In this document: positions 35,085-44,913 of the stretch, piece by piece | Layout of the letters: each line of letters opens with the position of its first letter | Numbering within the stretch: position 1 is the first letter of the stretch | DNA from: a virus | Taxonomy: Duplodnaviria; Caudoviricetes | IMG/VR virus record: IMGVR_UViG_3300042310_000265 | Coordinates: 1 to 60,117 of that record | Length of the DNA stretch: 60,117 nt | Reading direction: 5' to 3' (one strand) | Notes under the pieces: model-generated | Database searches by the model: none | What the model was told of the DNA's origin: nothing | The model's input: only the letters and a program-made list of their open reading frames with translations | Position numbers and translations under genes: made by a program

Positions 35085-36077
35085 ATGATTCGGCATTCAG
35101 CACTTCCCAAACTGCAAAAATGCCCATGCTTTGAATCCGCTGGGGGGACATCCCCAGCGGCAAGCAGGGGGACAAAGATCGACTCTGTGATCCGCCGAAC
35201 ACTTCAAGGCGAGGACTGCATGGCAGAACTCTCCGCAGAGGATCAAGAGGCGGCAAAGCGAGGCGTCGAGATGGTCAAGAGCTTGGTTCCTGAAGGAACG
35301 GAACTCGAAACCCGCGAATCCGAACTTTGGGTAAAAACTCCCGGCATGGATCATGTAGGGACTGAAGACATTCGCGCCCAGAAGATTCGCGTCTCGTTCG
35401 ATGTAAAGTCAGGTCAGGTATACGATTACGAGGCTCAAATGGGGGCATATGCGCTCGGCAACATGACTAGGTTCTTTGAGCCAGAGTGGACTTGCTATTT
35501 GTTATTCGTTGACCAAAATCGAGTTGTTGAGCATAAGTTCACGATGGATTCGGCTACAGAGTTGGTCGATTCGATCATTAAAGCATACAATGATCCAGAT
35601 AAAAAGCCTGTAAGCAATTCATATTGTGGCTGGTGTGCCAAGAAAAATACCTGCCCACAGGTTGTTAAGCCTACCGAGCAGACCCTGCGTGTTGTGAATA
35701 ACGAGGTATCAATTGATACCCTGAAGGCGCAACTCGCGGAACCAGAGAAGCTGGGCAAGTTTCTAAAGGCTTGCAATATCTTTAAAAAAGAACTCTGGGA
35801 CTGGGCGAAGGAGGAGGCTAAAGCCAGACTGGAGCGAGGCGAAGAGGTTCCGGGCTGGAGGCTTTCAAAGGTCAAAGGTGCTGAACAATACACTCCAGAC
35901 GAAGTTGCTACTGCCGCTCAAACGACAGGCGCAACATACAAAGAAGTGGCTGAACTCTATGGCAACATTGGCGCAGAGGATTTCCGTAAGTGGGCAAACG
36001 CTCGCGATTATTTTCCTCTGCCAGAAGATGCCGTTCGCAAACCCGAAACAACCAAAATGCTTGAATCAAAGAAATGA
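35085..36077 (+). CDS. PD-(D/E)XK exonuclease, Cas4-like/DUF2800-like
   Basis: GTED...DVKSG...QMGAYALG and CGWC...CP cysteine cluster. Confidence 0.75.
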   Translation: MIRHSALPKLQKCPCFESAGGTSPAASRGTKIDSVIRRTLQGEDCMAELSAEDQEAAKRGVEMVKSLVPEGTELETRESELWVKTPGMDHVGTEDIRAQKIRVSFDVKSGQVYDYEAQMGAYALGNMTRFFEPEWTCYLLFVDQNRVVEHKFTMDSATELVDSIIKAYNDPDKKPVSNSYCGWCAKKNTCPQVVKPTEQTLRVVNNEVSIDTLKAQLAEPEKLGKFLKACNIFKKELWDWAKEEAKARLERGEEVPGWRLSKVKGAEQYTPDEVATAAQTTGATYKEVAELYGNIGAEDFRKWANARDYFPLPEDAVRKPETTKMLESKK

Positions 36078-36295
36078 GTGAGAAATATAATGAGTTTATG
36101 GGGTTTGAGCTTCGTTGTCTGCCAGCGCACCAAGATGACTGCATGAGATGGGACTACGAGGTGCGGATCGGCGATAAGTGGCACACAGTCATACCTGAAG
36201 GGCTGGGATGGCGCAGGGAAGAAGCACTAGAGTCTTTAGTTAAAATCCTATCTAATAAATTAAATAAATATGAACCAATTAAATCTGAACTTTGA
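36074..36295 (+). CDS. hypothetical protein
   Basis: ATGA-coupled 73-aa ORF. Confidence 0.5.
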   Translation: MSEKYNEFMGFELRCLPAHQDDCMRWDYEVRIGDKWHTVIPEGLGWRREEALESLVKILSNKLNKYEPIKSEL

Positions 36296-36602
36296 ACCTA
36301 TAATTGAAATAAAAGGAGATAGTATTCCTGAACGCTTTAAACGATTCCACGCCGCAAACCGCCATGTTTACGATGCTCTGGTCAATCTCGCTCGCCAGTT
36401 TCGGCAACGCCGGGGGGACAGCAAGATCGGTATTGGAATGCTGTACGAGGTCTTGCGGTGGAACTATTACATGACCACCGAATCAGAAGACGATTATAAG
36501 TTGTCGAACGATTTCCGGGCTTGCTACGCTCGTTTGATTATGTCGCAAGAACCAGACTTGAAAGGCATCTTTCAGACTAAAAAAAGCATAGCAGATGAGT
36601 GA
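36270..36602 (+). CDS. conserved phage hypothetical protein
   Basis: FHAANRHVY...EVLRW...YKLSNDFRACYARLIM pattern. Confidence 0.65.
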   Translation: MNQLNLNFEPIIEIKGDSIPERFKRFHAANRHVYDALVNLARQFRQRRGDSKIGIGMLYEVLRWNYYMTTESEDDYKLSNDFRACYARLIMSQEPDLKGIFQTKKSIADE

Positions 36603-36951
36603 GATGATTAATAAGATTATAAATACCAATTTATGTTGTGAAGAATTCTATCTTGACATAAATGAAATATTAGAAATAAAAGATGAATCGGCTATTCCTC
36701 CTGATGAGTATGCAAATACCGGGTCATTAATAAATGTTTTATCTAATTGTATTATTAAATTAACAAAAAAACAACAATTTGTCATTGTTAAAAGGTTTGG
36801 ATTGTTTGGATACAATATTGAAACAAGTGATACGATTGCAAAACAGTTAGGTTATAAAAACAGAAATAGTGTATTGAATATCGAAAAACAAATAATCAGG
36901 AGATTGGGTCATCCAGCTTTTAAATTAACAGAATTAATAAATGAAATCTAA
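36595..36951 (+). CDS. sigma-70 region 4-like HTH protein
   Basis: LTKKQQFVIVKRFGL...TIAKQLG...VLNIEKQIIRRLGHP resembles RpoD region 4; AT-rich. Confidence 0.65.
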   Translation: MSEMINKIINTNLCCEEFYLDINEILEIKDESAIPPDEYANTGSLINVLSNCIIKLTKKQQFVIVKRFGLFGYNIETSDTIAKQLGYKNRNSVLNIEKQIIRRLGHPAFKLTELINEI

Positions 36952-37717
36952 ATCACCCGCTTTTCAATTCTACCCACAAGATTTCCTTGTTGGTTCCGCC
37001 ATGCTCTCGGCAGAGGAAACGGGCGCATATATTCGCCTGCTTTGCTATAGTTGGACACATGATGGATTGCCTGACGATGACGCACAACTTCAACGATTGG
37101 CAGGATGCCATGGCAATGCCATCGCATCGATTCGGCATAAGTTTGGCATATGCGACGATGGAAGGCTTCGCAACGATAGGCTAGAATCTATTAGATTTAA
37201 GCAAAAAGAGTATCGTGACGCTCAAAAAGCCAATGCAGAGAAAAGATGGCAAAAACAGCAAAAAACTAATACTTCTATGCCACCGCATATGCCACGGGAT
37301 ATCCCATCGCATATGCCATCGCATATGCCATCGCATGAATCTGGCATACCAATTGGCATATGCCAAACGGATGCTCTTCATACTTCAAACTTCGTTAACA
37401 CAATAGCTGACGCTATTGTTACCCCTTCCAAGGCGGAAGGGGCGGAAGGCGAAGATGCCATGGCATTGCCATCGGATAAGCCGAAGCGTGAAACGAAACC
37501 CGTGGATGAGGCATGGATCGCTGACATCAAACGGCATTACCCAACCATCGATGTTGACGAGGAACTTCGCAAAATGGACGCATGGATTGCGCTCCATCCC
37601 GGCAGGCGCAAGACCCGAAAATTCATTGTCGGTTGGCTCAATCGATGCCAGACAGAACTCGCTCCACAACCACAAAAACCTGCGTTACGCAATGAAGACT
37701 ATGACTTTACTTGGTAA
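36941..37717 (+). CDS. replication initiator, DUF1376 (YdaU-like)
   Basis: PAFQFYPQDFL...LSAEETGAYIRLLCYSW; internal DNA repeats; followed by a DnaC-like gene. Confidence 0.8.
   Translation: MKSKSPAFQFYPQDFLVGSAMLSAEETGAYIRLLCYSWTHDGLPDDDAQLQRLAGCHGNAIASIRHKFGICDDGRLRNDRLESIRFKQKEYRDAQKANAEKRWQKQQKTNTSMPPHMPRDIPSHMPSHMPSHESGIPIGICQTDALHTSNFVNTIADAIVTPSKAEGAEGEDAMALPSDKPKRETKPVDEAWIADIKRHYPTIDVDEELRKMDAWIALHPGRRKTRKFIVGWLNRCQTELAPQPQKPALRNEDYDFTW
37277..37336 (+). repeat. five 12-bp direct repeats (consensus ATGCCATCGCAT), putative origin iterons
   Basis: ATGCCACCGCAT, ATGCCACGGGAT, ATCCCATCGCAT, ATGCCATCGCAT x2 within the initiator gene next to an A-rich tract. Confidence 0.7.
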
Positions 37718-37721
37718 AAAC

Positions 37722-38417
37722 ATGAACAACGAACTACGACCATGCGCTGGCGAGAATTGCTTTGAAGTGCTTGAGGTTCCGATCATTGCAATATTCGGTC
37801 GATCACTCGACTTCAAAGTGCTTTGCAATGACTGCGAGCAAAAATTGACAGAAGAGCAAGACAGGAAAGCCCAGCAATTGCGCGAGGATAGGGCTAGAAA
37901 CGCTTTTGATAGTGCCTGCCCACCCTTGTATAGGGAAAGCGATTTAAAACGCATCCACGGGGATTTAAACGCAATTGCCACAAATTGGCAGTTTGGTCCA
38001 ACTGGAGTCTTCATGGAGGGAAAGCCGGGGACTGGCAAGACCCGTGCTGGATGGCACATCCTCAAACGAATGGCTCACCAAGGCAAATCGATTTACGGAT
38101 TGACCTCAACTCAATTCGCGAAATTCGCCGCCGATCAATGGCATTCAAACAACGAAGAAAAGGGTCACGCTTGCGAGGCAATGGAACGATGCCGCCGCAC
38201 CTCAATCCTGCTCCTAGATGACCTTGGAAAGCAAAAGATGACCGAGCGTGGAGAGACTGAATTATACGATGTTCTTGAGCATCGAACAACCAACCTAAAG
38301 CCGACAATAATCACCACAAACGCAACCTCGATTCAGCTTGGCGCAATGCTCTCCGAGGATCGCCGCCAACCAATTCTTCGCCGCATTAAAGATTTCTCAA
38401 CGATCATCAAAATATGA
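37722..38417 (+). CDS. DnaC/IstB-like AAA+ helicase loader
   Basis: Likely start ATG 37722; Walker A GKPGTGKT, Walker B LLLDDLG, PTIITTN. Confidence 0.85.
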   Translation: MNNELRPCAGENCFEVLEVPIIAIFGRSLDFKVLCNDCEQKLTEEQDRKAQQLREDRARNAFDSACPPLYRESDLKRIHGDLNAIATNWQFGPTGVFMEGKPGTGKTRAGWHILKRMAHQGKSIYGLTSTQFAKFAADQWHSNNEEKGHACEAMERCRRTSILLLDDLGKQKMTERGETELYDVLEHRTTNLKPTIITTNATSIQLGAMLSEDRRQPILRRIKDFSTIIKI

Positions 38418-38962
38418 AAAACAAAACATCATCAATTCCGCTACTTCAATATATTTTAGTGGACACTCGATTCACACATGAGGAACCAATCGGCTTTCAA
38501 GAAGCGGAGTGGGTTCAGACTGTGGCAATCCCTGATCGTGCTTGGGGACTCAATGTAGTTTTCCGCAAAGGAGGCCCAATGTATCGCAACCTGCCTCCCC
38601 ATGCGATTGCGTTTTGCGACAACCCTACAGACTGGACAATCAATGACGCTCAACTCTGGAACTGCTATGGATACCAATACGAACATATGGTTTGCGACCA
38701 CCTCGGTGACTCGCGAGTTATGGCAATCACAGATGACTATTTGATACAAGGCAGGTATCTCTTCCAGACTAGCTTCATCGATGACTCCTATTCACTCCAA
38801 CCAGAGCAGGACAAAACATTCTTTTGGATTCGACTAGACAATGATCGGTTAACCATCCTACCGACAAACAAAGTTACTTTTATCGATGCTTCATTTATCA
38901 ATGAAGGATCAGTTGATCGCTTAAAATTGCAGACTGAAATCTATCGGTGCGAAGAAATTTAA
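38414..38962 (+). CDS. conserved phage hypothetical protein
   Basis: 182 aa; YRNLPPHA, QLWNC, YLFQ, LPTNKV motifs. Confidence 0.65.
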   Translation: MKNKTSSIPLLQYILVDTRFTHEEPIGFQEAEWVQTVAIPDRAWGLNVVFRKGGPMYRNLPPHAIAFCDNPTDWTINDAQLWNCYGYQYEHMVCDHLGDSRVMAITDDYLIQGRYLFQTSFIDDSYSLQPEQDKTFFWIRLDNDRLTILPTNKVTFIDASFINEGSVDRLKLQTEIYRCEEI

Positions 38963-38973
38963 AAATAAAATAT

Positions 38974-39342
38974 ATGGATAAATCAATATGGGATTCTGCG
39001 CCAGATGATGGTGCAACCACCGATCAACACGATGCATTTATTCACCTAGTTAATGGTGAAATTGCGTCCGAACTTGGATGGAAATTTGAATACAAAAAAA
39101 ATGTCTGGACACGCGCAGAACTAGTATTTACCGAGGTTCCCAGCTACATGACTGACCTCAACCTCTGTCAAGACTTTTACGATGACTTCCGCGAAAACGA
39201 GGAGCATATGTATACTGCTCTTTTATCTAAAATAATATTTGGTGAAGATTTGGTTGACGGACTTCCTTTCAACCCTATATCAATGGTATTCGCAACAGCA
39301 CACGAAAGATGTCTTGCCTTTTGCGTCTTACGAGAATTATAA
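38974..39342 (+). CDS. hypothetical protein (weak resemblance to phage ABA-sandwich domain)
   Basis: Start moved to ATG 38974; PSYMTDLN...ATAHERCLAF. Confidence 0.5.
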   Translation: MDKSIWDSAPDDGATTDQHDAFIHLVNGEIASELGWKFEYKKNVWTRAELVFTEVPSYMTDLNLCQDFYDDFRENEEHMYTALLSKIIFGEDLVDGLPFNPISMVFATAHERCLAFCVLREL

Positions 39343-39353
39343 ATAAATAGATT

Positions 39354-39596
39354 ATGAGTAAACACACAAAACCAACAAAGTTGGTGATCAGCGCGGTCAC
39401 CAAGAAGAAGCACACTAAACCCACAGGACACACTATCGAAGTCATGCTACCGCATGAACTCGCAGTTAACTGGGCAAACACAATCGGCTCTCGTATCGAG
39501 GCAATCAAGGCCGAGATCGAGGCAAGCCTTGTTGCCTACCAGCAACCAGTACCTGAAGCGCAACCTGCAACCATCAACCCTGAAGCTATAGCCTAA
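39354..39596 (+). CDS. hypothetical protein
   Basis: 80-aa ORF in operon. Confidence 0.55.
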   Translation: MSKHTKPTKLVISAVTKKKHTKPTGHTIEVMLPHELAVNWANTIGSRIEAIKAEIEASLVAYQQPVPEAQPATINPEAIA

Positions 39597-39597
39597 T

Positions 39598-40065
39598 ATG
39601 TCATCATTCATTAAACTCGACGCCACAGGCGAATTCCGTTGCAAAGTTGTTGCTCCCCAGTACGGATGGTTCGATGAAACCGCAAAGGGATCGAAGTACA
39701 TTAAGTTGCCTTGCGAAGTCCTCGATGGTGAACACGCTGGCAAACGAATCGTCTGGCTGGGCTACCTCACAGAAAAAGCCTACCAGTCCACAGAACGCTC
39801 CCTTGCCGAAGCATTCGGTGACAAGTGGACTTGGACTAACATCCCGTTCGCTGGCATGGAATGCATCATCGTCTCGGAAGAGGAGGAATACAACGGCAAG
39901 AAACAAATCAAGGCGAAGTACCTCAACTCTGTCAACGGCATCGCTACAGGCAAGTCGAAGGACGAATCACTCGCCACTAGCGAGAAGATCGCCAAGGCAC
40001 TACCTAGCCGAGGAACTAAACCAACAAAGACGCACGACGAGGAAGATTCAGAGATACCATTTTAA
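39598..40065 (+). CDS. single-stranded DNA-binding protein (DUF669-like)
   Basis: OB-fold-like strands and acidic C-terminal DSEIPF tail. Confidence 0.7.
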   Translation: MSSFIKLDATGEFRCKVVAPQYGWFDETAKGSKYIKLPCEVLDGEHAGKRIVWLGYLTEKAYQSTERSLAEAFGDKWTWTNIPFAGMECIIVSEEEEYNGKKQIKAKYLNSVNGIATGKSKDESLATSEKIAKALPSRGTKPTKTHDEEDSEIPF

Positions 40066-40101
40066 TTTGACAAGCGTTCCATTTTAATTCACCTTTACAA
40101 G

Positions 40102-40569
40102 ATGAAGGAATGCTTCAAATGTAAACAGGTTCTTGAATTATCAGAATTTTATAAACATTCAGCAATGGCTGATGGGCATTTAAATAAATGTAAAAAATGC
40201 ACGGCTAAAGATTCTGAAGAAAGAAGAAAACTAAAATCACAAGATATTAATTGGGTTTTATCTGAAAGAAAAAGGCACAGAGAAAAATCTAAAAAATACA
40301 GAGAATCTGGAGTTATAAAAAATACAGCAAATAGCAAGAATGAATGGGCGATAAGAAATCCAGAAAAAAGAAAAGCACATCACGCAGTATATTCTGCGTT
40401 AAAATCTGGGAAAATTCACAGGCATCCATGCTATATTTGCGGAAATAAAGCGCAAGCTCATCACGATGATTATTCAAAACCACTAGAGATAATTTGGTTG
40501 TGTTCAAAGCATCATGGTGAGCGGCATATTGAAATTAACAAAACAAAATTAATAGAATCATTTAAATAA
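40102..40569 (+). CDS. HNH-like zinc-binding endonuclease
   Basis: CxxC...CKKC and CYICG...AHHDDYSKPLEIIWLCSKHH; AT-rich relative to neighbours. Confidence 0.7.
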   Translation: MKECFKCKQVLELSEFYKHSAMADGHLNKCKKCTAKDSEERRKLKSQDINWVLSERKRHREKSKKYRESGVIKNTANSKNEWAIRNPEKRKAHHAVYSALKSGKIHRHPCYICGNKAQAHHDDYSKPLEIIWLCSKHHGERHIEINKTKLIESFK

Positions 40570-40656
40570 AACTACAGGTATTGTGGCGGCAACCATGTTT
40601 GCTGGTCATCATCAGCACCAGACCCGTAACCACATAAAAGCGGGTCACACTTTCCA

Positions 40657-41058
40657 ATGCCTTGGACACATGAGCAACTCATCAAACTCGGATACCATCT
40701 CCACCCAGACGGAGACTACTACCTTAACCCTCCTTCTCCCAAACTATCTAACCCCATCCCTCAACACAATCCTATCATCCCATTGGTCAAACCTCCACAA
40801 GCACAAACAAAACGCAAAAACCGCGTTGCTCTCCGCATTGAAAGAGTTGCCACCAAACTCCAAGACTTTGATAACTTCGTGGGCGGAACAAAACCTCTCA
40901 CCGACCAACTTCGATACCTTGGTATCATCCCTGACGACGACCCAGCTTCCATCATCGCCCACTACTCACAACAAAAGTGCAAACACAAAAAGGACGAGAA
41001 AACCATCATCCAAATCACCTACCAGCCACTCACACCACCCACCCGCACAACCCCATAA
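40657..41058 (+). CDS. RusA-like Holliday junction resolvase
   Basis: DFDN-x5-K-x3-D-x5-GIIPDD catalytic pattern. Confidence 0.65.
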   Translation: MPWTHEQLIKLGYHLHPDGDYYLNPPSPKLSNPIPQHNPIIPLVKPPQAQTKRKNRVALRIERVATKLQDFDNFVGGTKPLTDQLRYLGIIPDDDPASIIAHYSQQKCKHKKDEKTIIQITYQPLTPPTRTTP

Positions 41059-41107
41059 ACACTAGCCCTGCGAGCAAAGCGAGCTAATTATACACACCAC
41101 CCAATTT

Positions 41108-41290
41108 ATGAGTCAAGCATATTCGCAAAATATTTCAGAAAAAAATTTAGTCCTAGAATCGCTACAAAATAAAATCGATTTCTTACGAGACTCTCTCCAC
41201 AAAATCACAGAACCTAAAGAGCGTCTCGATACTCAAAAACAAATCCTCGATCTCAAAATCGAACTCGCAAAACAATTCAAACCTCAATGA
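41108..41290 (+). CDS. small coiled-coil protein
   Basis: 60-aa ORF, ATGA overlap with terS. Confidence 0.5.
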   Translation: MSQAYSQNISEKNLVLESLQNKIDFLRDSLHKITEPKERLDTQKQILDLKIELAKQFKPQ

Positions 41291-41766
41291 ACGATTCAGC
41301 AGAAATTCCAGATCAAAAATCTGAAGAAAAATCTGAACCAAAACAAATGGGTAGACCCTCCAGCTACTCACAAGAATTAGCCGACGAAATCTGCAATAGA
41401 CTCGCTCACGGCGAAACCCTCCGATCTATCATCGCTTCTTCACCACACCTTCCAGATAGGTCTACAATATATCGATGGAATGCTGATAATCAAAACTTCC
41501 GCGACCAATACACAAAAGCTAGAGCAGAGCAAGCCGATTACTACGCAGAACTTATAGTAGATGAATCTTACTCTTCACACGATGCCGCTATCGGCAGACT
41601 GCGCGTAGATGCGCTCAAATGGGCCGCGAGCAAAATGGCTCCAAAGAAGTACGGAGAGAAGATCGAGATCGAAACAGCACAACCGCTCACGCTCGCTTTC
41701 CAGCTACCTTCCCGCGCCCCTGAACGAGTACAACTTGAATCTAACGAGAGATCACTTGAAGAGTAA
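41287..41766 (+). CDS. terS: terminase small subunit
   Basis: GRPSSYSQELADEICNRLAHGETLRSI...LRVDALKWAASKMAPKKYG, Sf6 gp1-like. Confidence 0.85.
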   Translation: MNDSAEIPDQKSEEKSEPKQMGRPSSYSQELADEICNRLAHGETLRSIIASSPHLPDRSTIYRWNADNQNFRDQYTKARAEQADYYAELIVDESYSSHDAAIGRLRVDALKWAASKMAPKKYGEKIEIETAQPLTLAFQLPSRAPERVQLESNERSLEE

Positions 41767-42002
41767 ACTGCAACTCCGTATCACCATCTGCTCTGATGGT
41801 TGCCCGGTTGGACCTCGCTTGCAACGCAAGGAACCATTGCCAGAGTACCAGCATACATATGACTATACGCCTACTGGGATCAAACAGGCTGAAAATGACA
41901 TGATCAAGATTCAGGCGTATATCGATAAATATCATGGAGTTATCAAACGGAAATAGACTATAACTTCTGATAAGAACAGTAGTTGATAATCAAAGACACT
42001 TT

Positions 42003-42251
42003 ATGCAAGACACAGAAAACCAACGCAAAACAAAAGAGAGGTACTTGATCGTGCGTCTCTGGCTCAACAATGACGGGAATTACCAGATCAATTCCAGCTA
42101 CCCTCCAACCACAATGCACACAAGTCACATGGATGCGTCAATCGAGTGCGAGCGGCTTGCAAAGCAGTTTCCTGACACTCCATTCGCGGTATTCCGTATG
42201 GAAGACATAGCACTATCACCAAAGTCACCTGTACAATGGATCAAGCCATGA
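42003..42251 (+). CDS. hypothetical protein
   Basis: PTTMH...ECERLAKQFP pattern. Confidence 0.55.
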   Translation: MQDTENQRKTKERYLIVRLWLNNDGNYQINSSYPPTTMHTSHMDASIECERLAKQFPDTPFAVFRMEDIALSPKSPVQWIKP

Positions 42252-43366
42252 GATTCCACATTCTAGGTCTACCGCACACAGTCACCAGCAAGGAGTATGT
42301 AGCCTGTGCATACACGCAGAAGGTCTTAAAGTTCGCGCAAGGCATGACTAGGCGCGGACATGAGGTTCTGCACTATGGGCATGAAGATAGCCAGCTAGAG
42401 TGTGCTGAACACATCTCTGTGGTTGGGAACGATGATCTAGCGAAGGCGTACGGCAGTCACGATTGGCGCAAGACCTTCTTCAAGTTCGACACGAATGACC
42501 ATGCCTACCAGACCTTCTACCGCAACGCTATTCGCGAGGTAGGCAAGCGGAAGCTGAAGCATGACTTTATCCTGCCGTTCTGGGGATCGGGAGTGCGTCC
42601 TGTTGTTGACGCTCACCCTGACATGATCGCAGTCGAGCCGGGGATCGGCTACGCTGGGGGACATTGGGCGAGGTTCAAGGTATTTGAAAGCTACGCAATC
42701 TACCATGCGTACTGCGGTCTGGGTAATGTAGGAACCTGTCGGCAGGACTGGTACGAGGTGGTCATTCCGAATTACTTCGATCCTGAAGATTTCGTTTACC
42801 GAGGCAATGACGAGAAGGAGGATTATTTCCTGTACCTTGGCAGGGTCTATGGTGGCAAAGGGTGCGACATCGCATTCCAAGCGGCAGAGAGGGCCGGGGT
42901 GCGGCTAGTAGTGGCAGGACAGAAAGAAGAAGGCTACCAGTTGCCTAGCCATGTCGAGTATGTCGGCTATGCTGATGTGGAGAAGCGGAAGCAACTCATG
43001 TCGAAAGCCAAGGCATCGTTCGTACCATCGCAGTATGTCGAGCCATTCGGCGGGGTTCAGGTCGAGAATCTGTTTAGCGGCACACCGACTATCACAACGG
43101 ACTGGGGATCGTTTGCGGAGAATAACCTGCATGGCATCACCGGGTACAGATGCCGCACAATGGGAGACTTCGTGGATGCGGTGCAGGCTATCCAGCAAGG
43201 CAAGATCAGATCGGAGGCTTGCAGGCTATTCGCGAACAACTTCTCCATCGATTCTGTGATGCCTATTTACGAGAAATACTTTCAGGACATCCTCGATGTC
43301 TACGAAGGCAAGGGGTGGTACGCCGAGGGCAACGGCATCGAAGCATTAACCAAACAATATCCATGA
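42248..43366 (+). CDS. glycosyltransferase, GT-B fold (GT4-like)
   Basis: Likely start ATG 42248; FLYLGRV..GKG and PSQYVEPFGGVQVE..SGTPTITTDWG (E-x7-E). Confidence 0.85.
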   Translation: MRFHILGLPHTVTSKEYVACAYTQKVLKFAQGMTRRGHEVLHYGHEDSQLECAEHISVVGNDDLAKAYGSHDWRKTFFKFDTNDHAYQTFYRNAIREVGKRKLKHDFILPFWGSGVRPVVDAHPDMIAVEPGIGYAGGHWARFKVFESYAIYHAYCGLGNVGTCRQDWYEVVIPNYFDPEDFVYRGNDEKEDYFLYLGRVYGGKGCDIAFQAAERAGVRLVVAGQKEEGYQLPSHVEYVGYADVEKRKQLMSKAKASFVPSQYVEPFGGVQVENLFSGTPTITTDWGSFAENNLHGITGYRCRTMGDFVDAVQAIQQGKIRSEACRLFANNFSIDSVMPIYEKYFQDILDVYEGKGWYAEGNGIEALTKQYP

Positions 43367-43713
43367 ACTATCCATATCACGAATTCGTTTCTCGCCTGTG
43401 CAAGTCAGGCGAGCAGATCACATCAGAGTTGTCACCAGATCAGGCACACCTAGTCCACATGGCTATGGGAGTTTCTGGTGAAGCAGGCGAGTTGCTAGAT
43501 GCAATCAAGAAGTCAGCAATCTACGGCAAGCCTCTCGATTGGGAGAATGTCATCGAGGAATGCGGTGACTTGCTGTTCTACATTCAAGGGGTCTTGAACC
43601 ATCGCGGAGTCAGGTTGGACGAGGTTGTCGAGATCAATCGTCTGAAGCTACAGAAGCGTTATGGTGAGAAGTACAGCAACGAAGCGGCAATCGAAAGGAA
43701 AGACAAACAATGA
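43363..43713 (+). CDS. mazG: MazG-like nucleotide pyrophosphohydrolase
   Basis: Start moved to ATG 43363; GEAGELLD...EECGDLLFY...NRLKLQKRY. Confidence 0.85.
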   Translation: MNYPYHEFVSRLCKSGEQITSELSPDQAHLVHMAMGVSGEAGELLDAIKKSAIYGKPLDWENVIEECGDLLFYIQGVLNHRGVRLDEVVEINRLKLQKRYGEKYSNEAAIERKDKQ

Positions 43714-43967
43714 AGGCAACACTAGAATTCGATTTGCCAGAGGAGGAGCAGGAGCATCGCTATGCATTGGCTGGAGTCGATGCGCTTCTATTGCTCAATG
43801 ACCTTGAAGAAGCAATCAGGGAATTACTCCATAGAGATTGCGGGTACTTTACCGAATGGAAAAATGAAGAAGGAAAAATCTGCGAAGGATGTCCAGAAAC
43901 TTTGCAGAGGGTTTGGAACTGGATCATCGAACAGAAGGAAGAACGCAAATTGCCTGATTTACTATAA
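43710..43967 (+). CDS. conserved phage hypothetical protein
   Basis: MKATLEFDLPEE start. Confidence 0.65.
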   Translation: MKATLEFDLPEEEQEHRYALAGVDALLLLNDLEEAIRELLHRDCGYFTEWKNEEGKICEGCPETLQRVWNWIIEQKEERKLPDLL

Positions 43968-44515
43968 TGGACTTTGAAAAAGATTATTGGGGCAACTGCT
44001 GTAATACTTTTGATGAAGATCAGAAGCATTATGTCTACGCAAGATTCATGGGATTGAAACGAGTTGGCTACTCGTTCGATGTGGGAGGCGCGAGGATCAT
44101 CGACATTGGTGGTGGTCCGACATCGATGTTGCTCAAGACGATTAACCTTGCGCCTCGTTCGCTCGTTGTAGACCCGTTGGATTACCCGGTATGGACATAC
44201 GACAGGTATTCCACGAAGGGCATTGATTCGATGATCTGCCGAGGTGAGGACATCTACGAGGAAGGCTATGACGAGGCATGGATATACAACTGCCTTCAGC
44301 ATACCGACGATCCAGAATTGATCATCCAAAACGCATTGAGAGCGGCAAAGACATTGCGAATCTTTGAGTGGGCAGACATACCGCCGCATGAAGGTCACCC
44401 GATTGAGTTGTCAAAGGAGAAACTGGATCGATGGATCGGGAAAGAAGGGCAGACGATTCAGCTTGGGGAGTCTGGATGCTTTGGCAAAGCGTATTACAAT
44501 GTGATCACAACATGA
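43967..44515 (+). CDS. class I SAM-dependent methyltransferase
   Basis: IIDIGGGP motif I, VVDPL, YNCLQHTDDP. Confidence 0.75.
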   Translation: MDFEKDYWGNCCNTFDEDQKHYVYARFMGLKRVGYSFDVGGARIIDIGGGPTSMLLKTINLAPRSLVVDPLDYPVWTYDRYSTKGIDSMICRGEDIYEEGYDEAWIYNCLQHTDDPELIIQNALRAAKTLRIFEWADIPPHEGHPIELSKEKLDRWIGKEGQTIQLGESGCFGKAYYNVITT

Positions 44516-44913
44516 CTTGGGAGCGATACGCATTGGAGTTGGCGAGGGTTGCGGCGATGAAAAGCAAAGACCCGTGGAGGCAGGTAGGAGCGGTTGTATT
44601 GCGGCACGACAAGACTGTAGCAGGGGTGGGCTACAACGGCTTTCCATCAGGCGTTGATGAGGACTGGGAGTGTCGGGAGAGGCGGCGATTGTTCGTTGTC
44701 CACGCCGAGGCAAATGCATTGAGATATGTCAAGCCAGACGAGGGATGGTTGATCGCGAGTACGACATTGCCATGCAATAATTGTCTAAAGACGATTGTGT
44801 CATACGGAATCAAAAAGATAGTGTATGGTGAAACATATCCGAGCGATGAGAGTTCATTGGATGTAGCAGGACTGATGGGAATTGAATTGTATGACGCAAC
44901 AAGAATTGAATGA
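44512..44913 (+). CDS. dCMP deaminase
   Basis: Start moved to ATG 44512; SKDP..QVGA, GYNG, HAEANAL, PCNNC. Confidence 0.9.
   Translation: MTWERYALELARVAAMKSKDPWRQVGAVVLRHDKTVAGVGYNGFPSGVDEDWECRERRRLFVVHAEANALRYVKPDEGWLIASTTLPCNNCLKTIVSYGIKKIVYGETYPSDESSLDVAGLMGIELYDATRIE

Noticed and set aside
35085-36077. Cas4-like nuclease as evidence of a CRISPR system
   Set aside because: It pairs with an SSAP as a recombination exonuclease; no other cas genes or array were seen.
40583-41065. 160-aa ORF overlapping the RusA-like gene
   Set aside because: Low-complexity product of the C-rich strand; the 40657 frame carries the catalytic motif.
29659-41066. 13-bp inverted match GCTAGTGTTTATG (29659) / CATAAACACTAGC (41054) bracketing the early-replication region
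   Set aside because: Dozens of 13-mer matches are expected by chance in 60 kb, and I recognised no recombinase to act on it.
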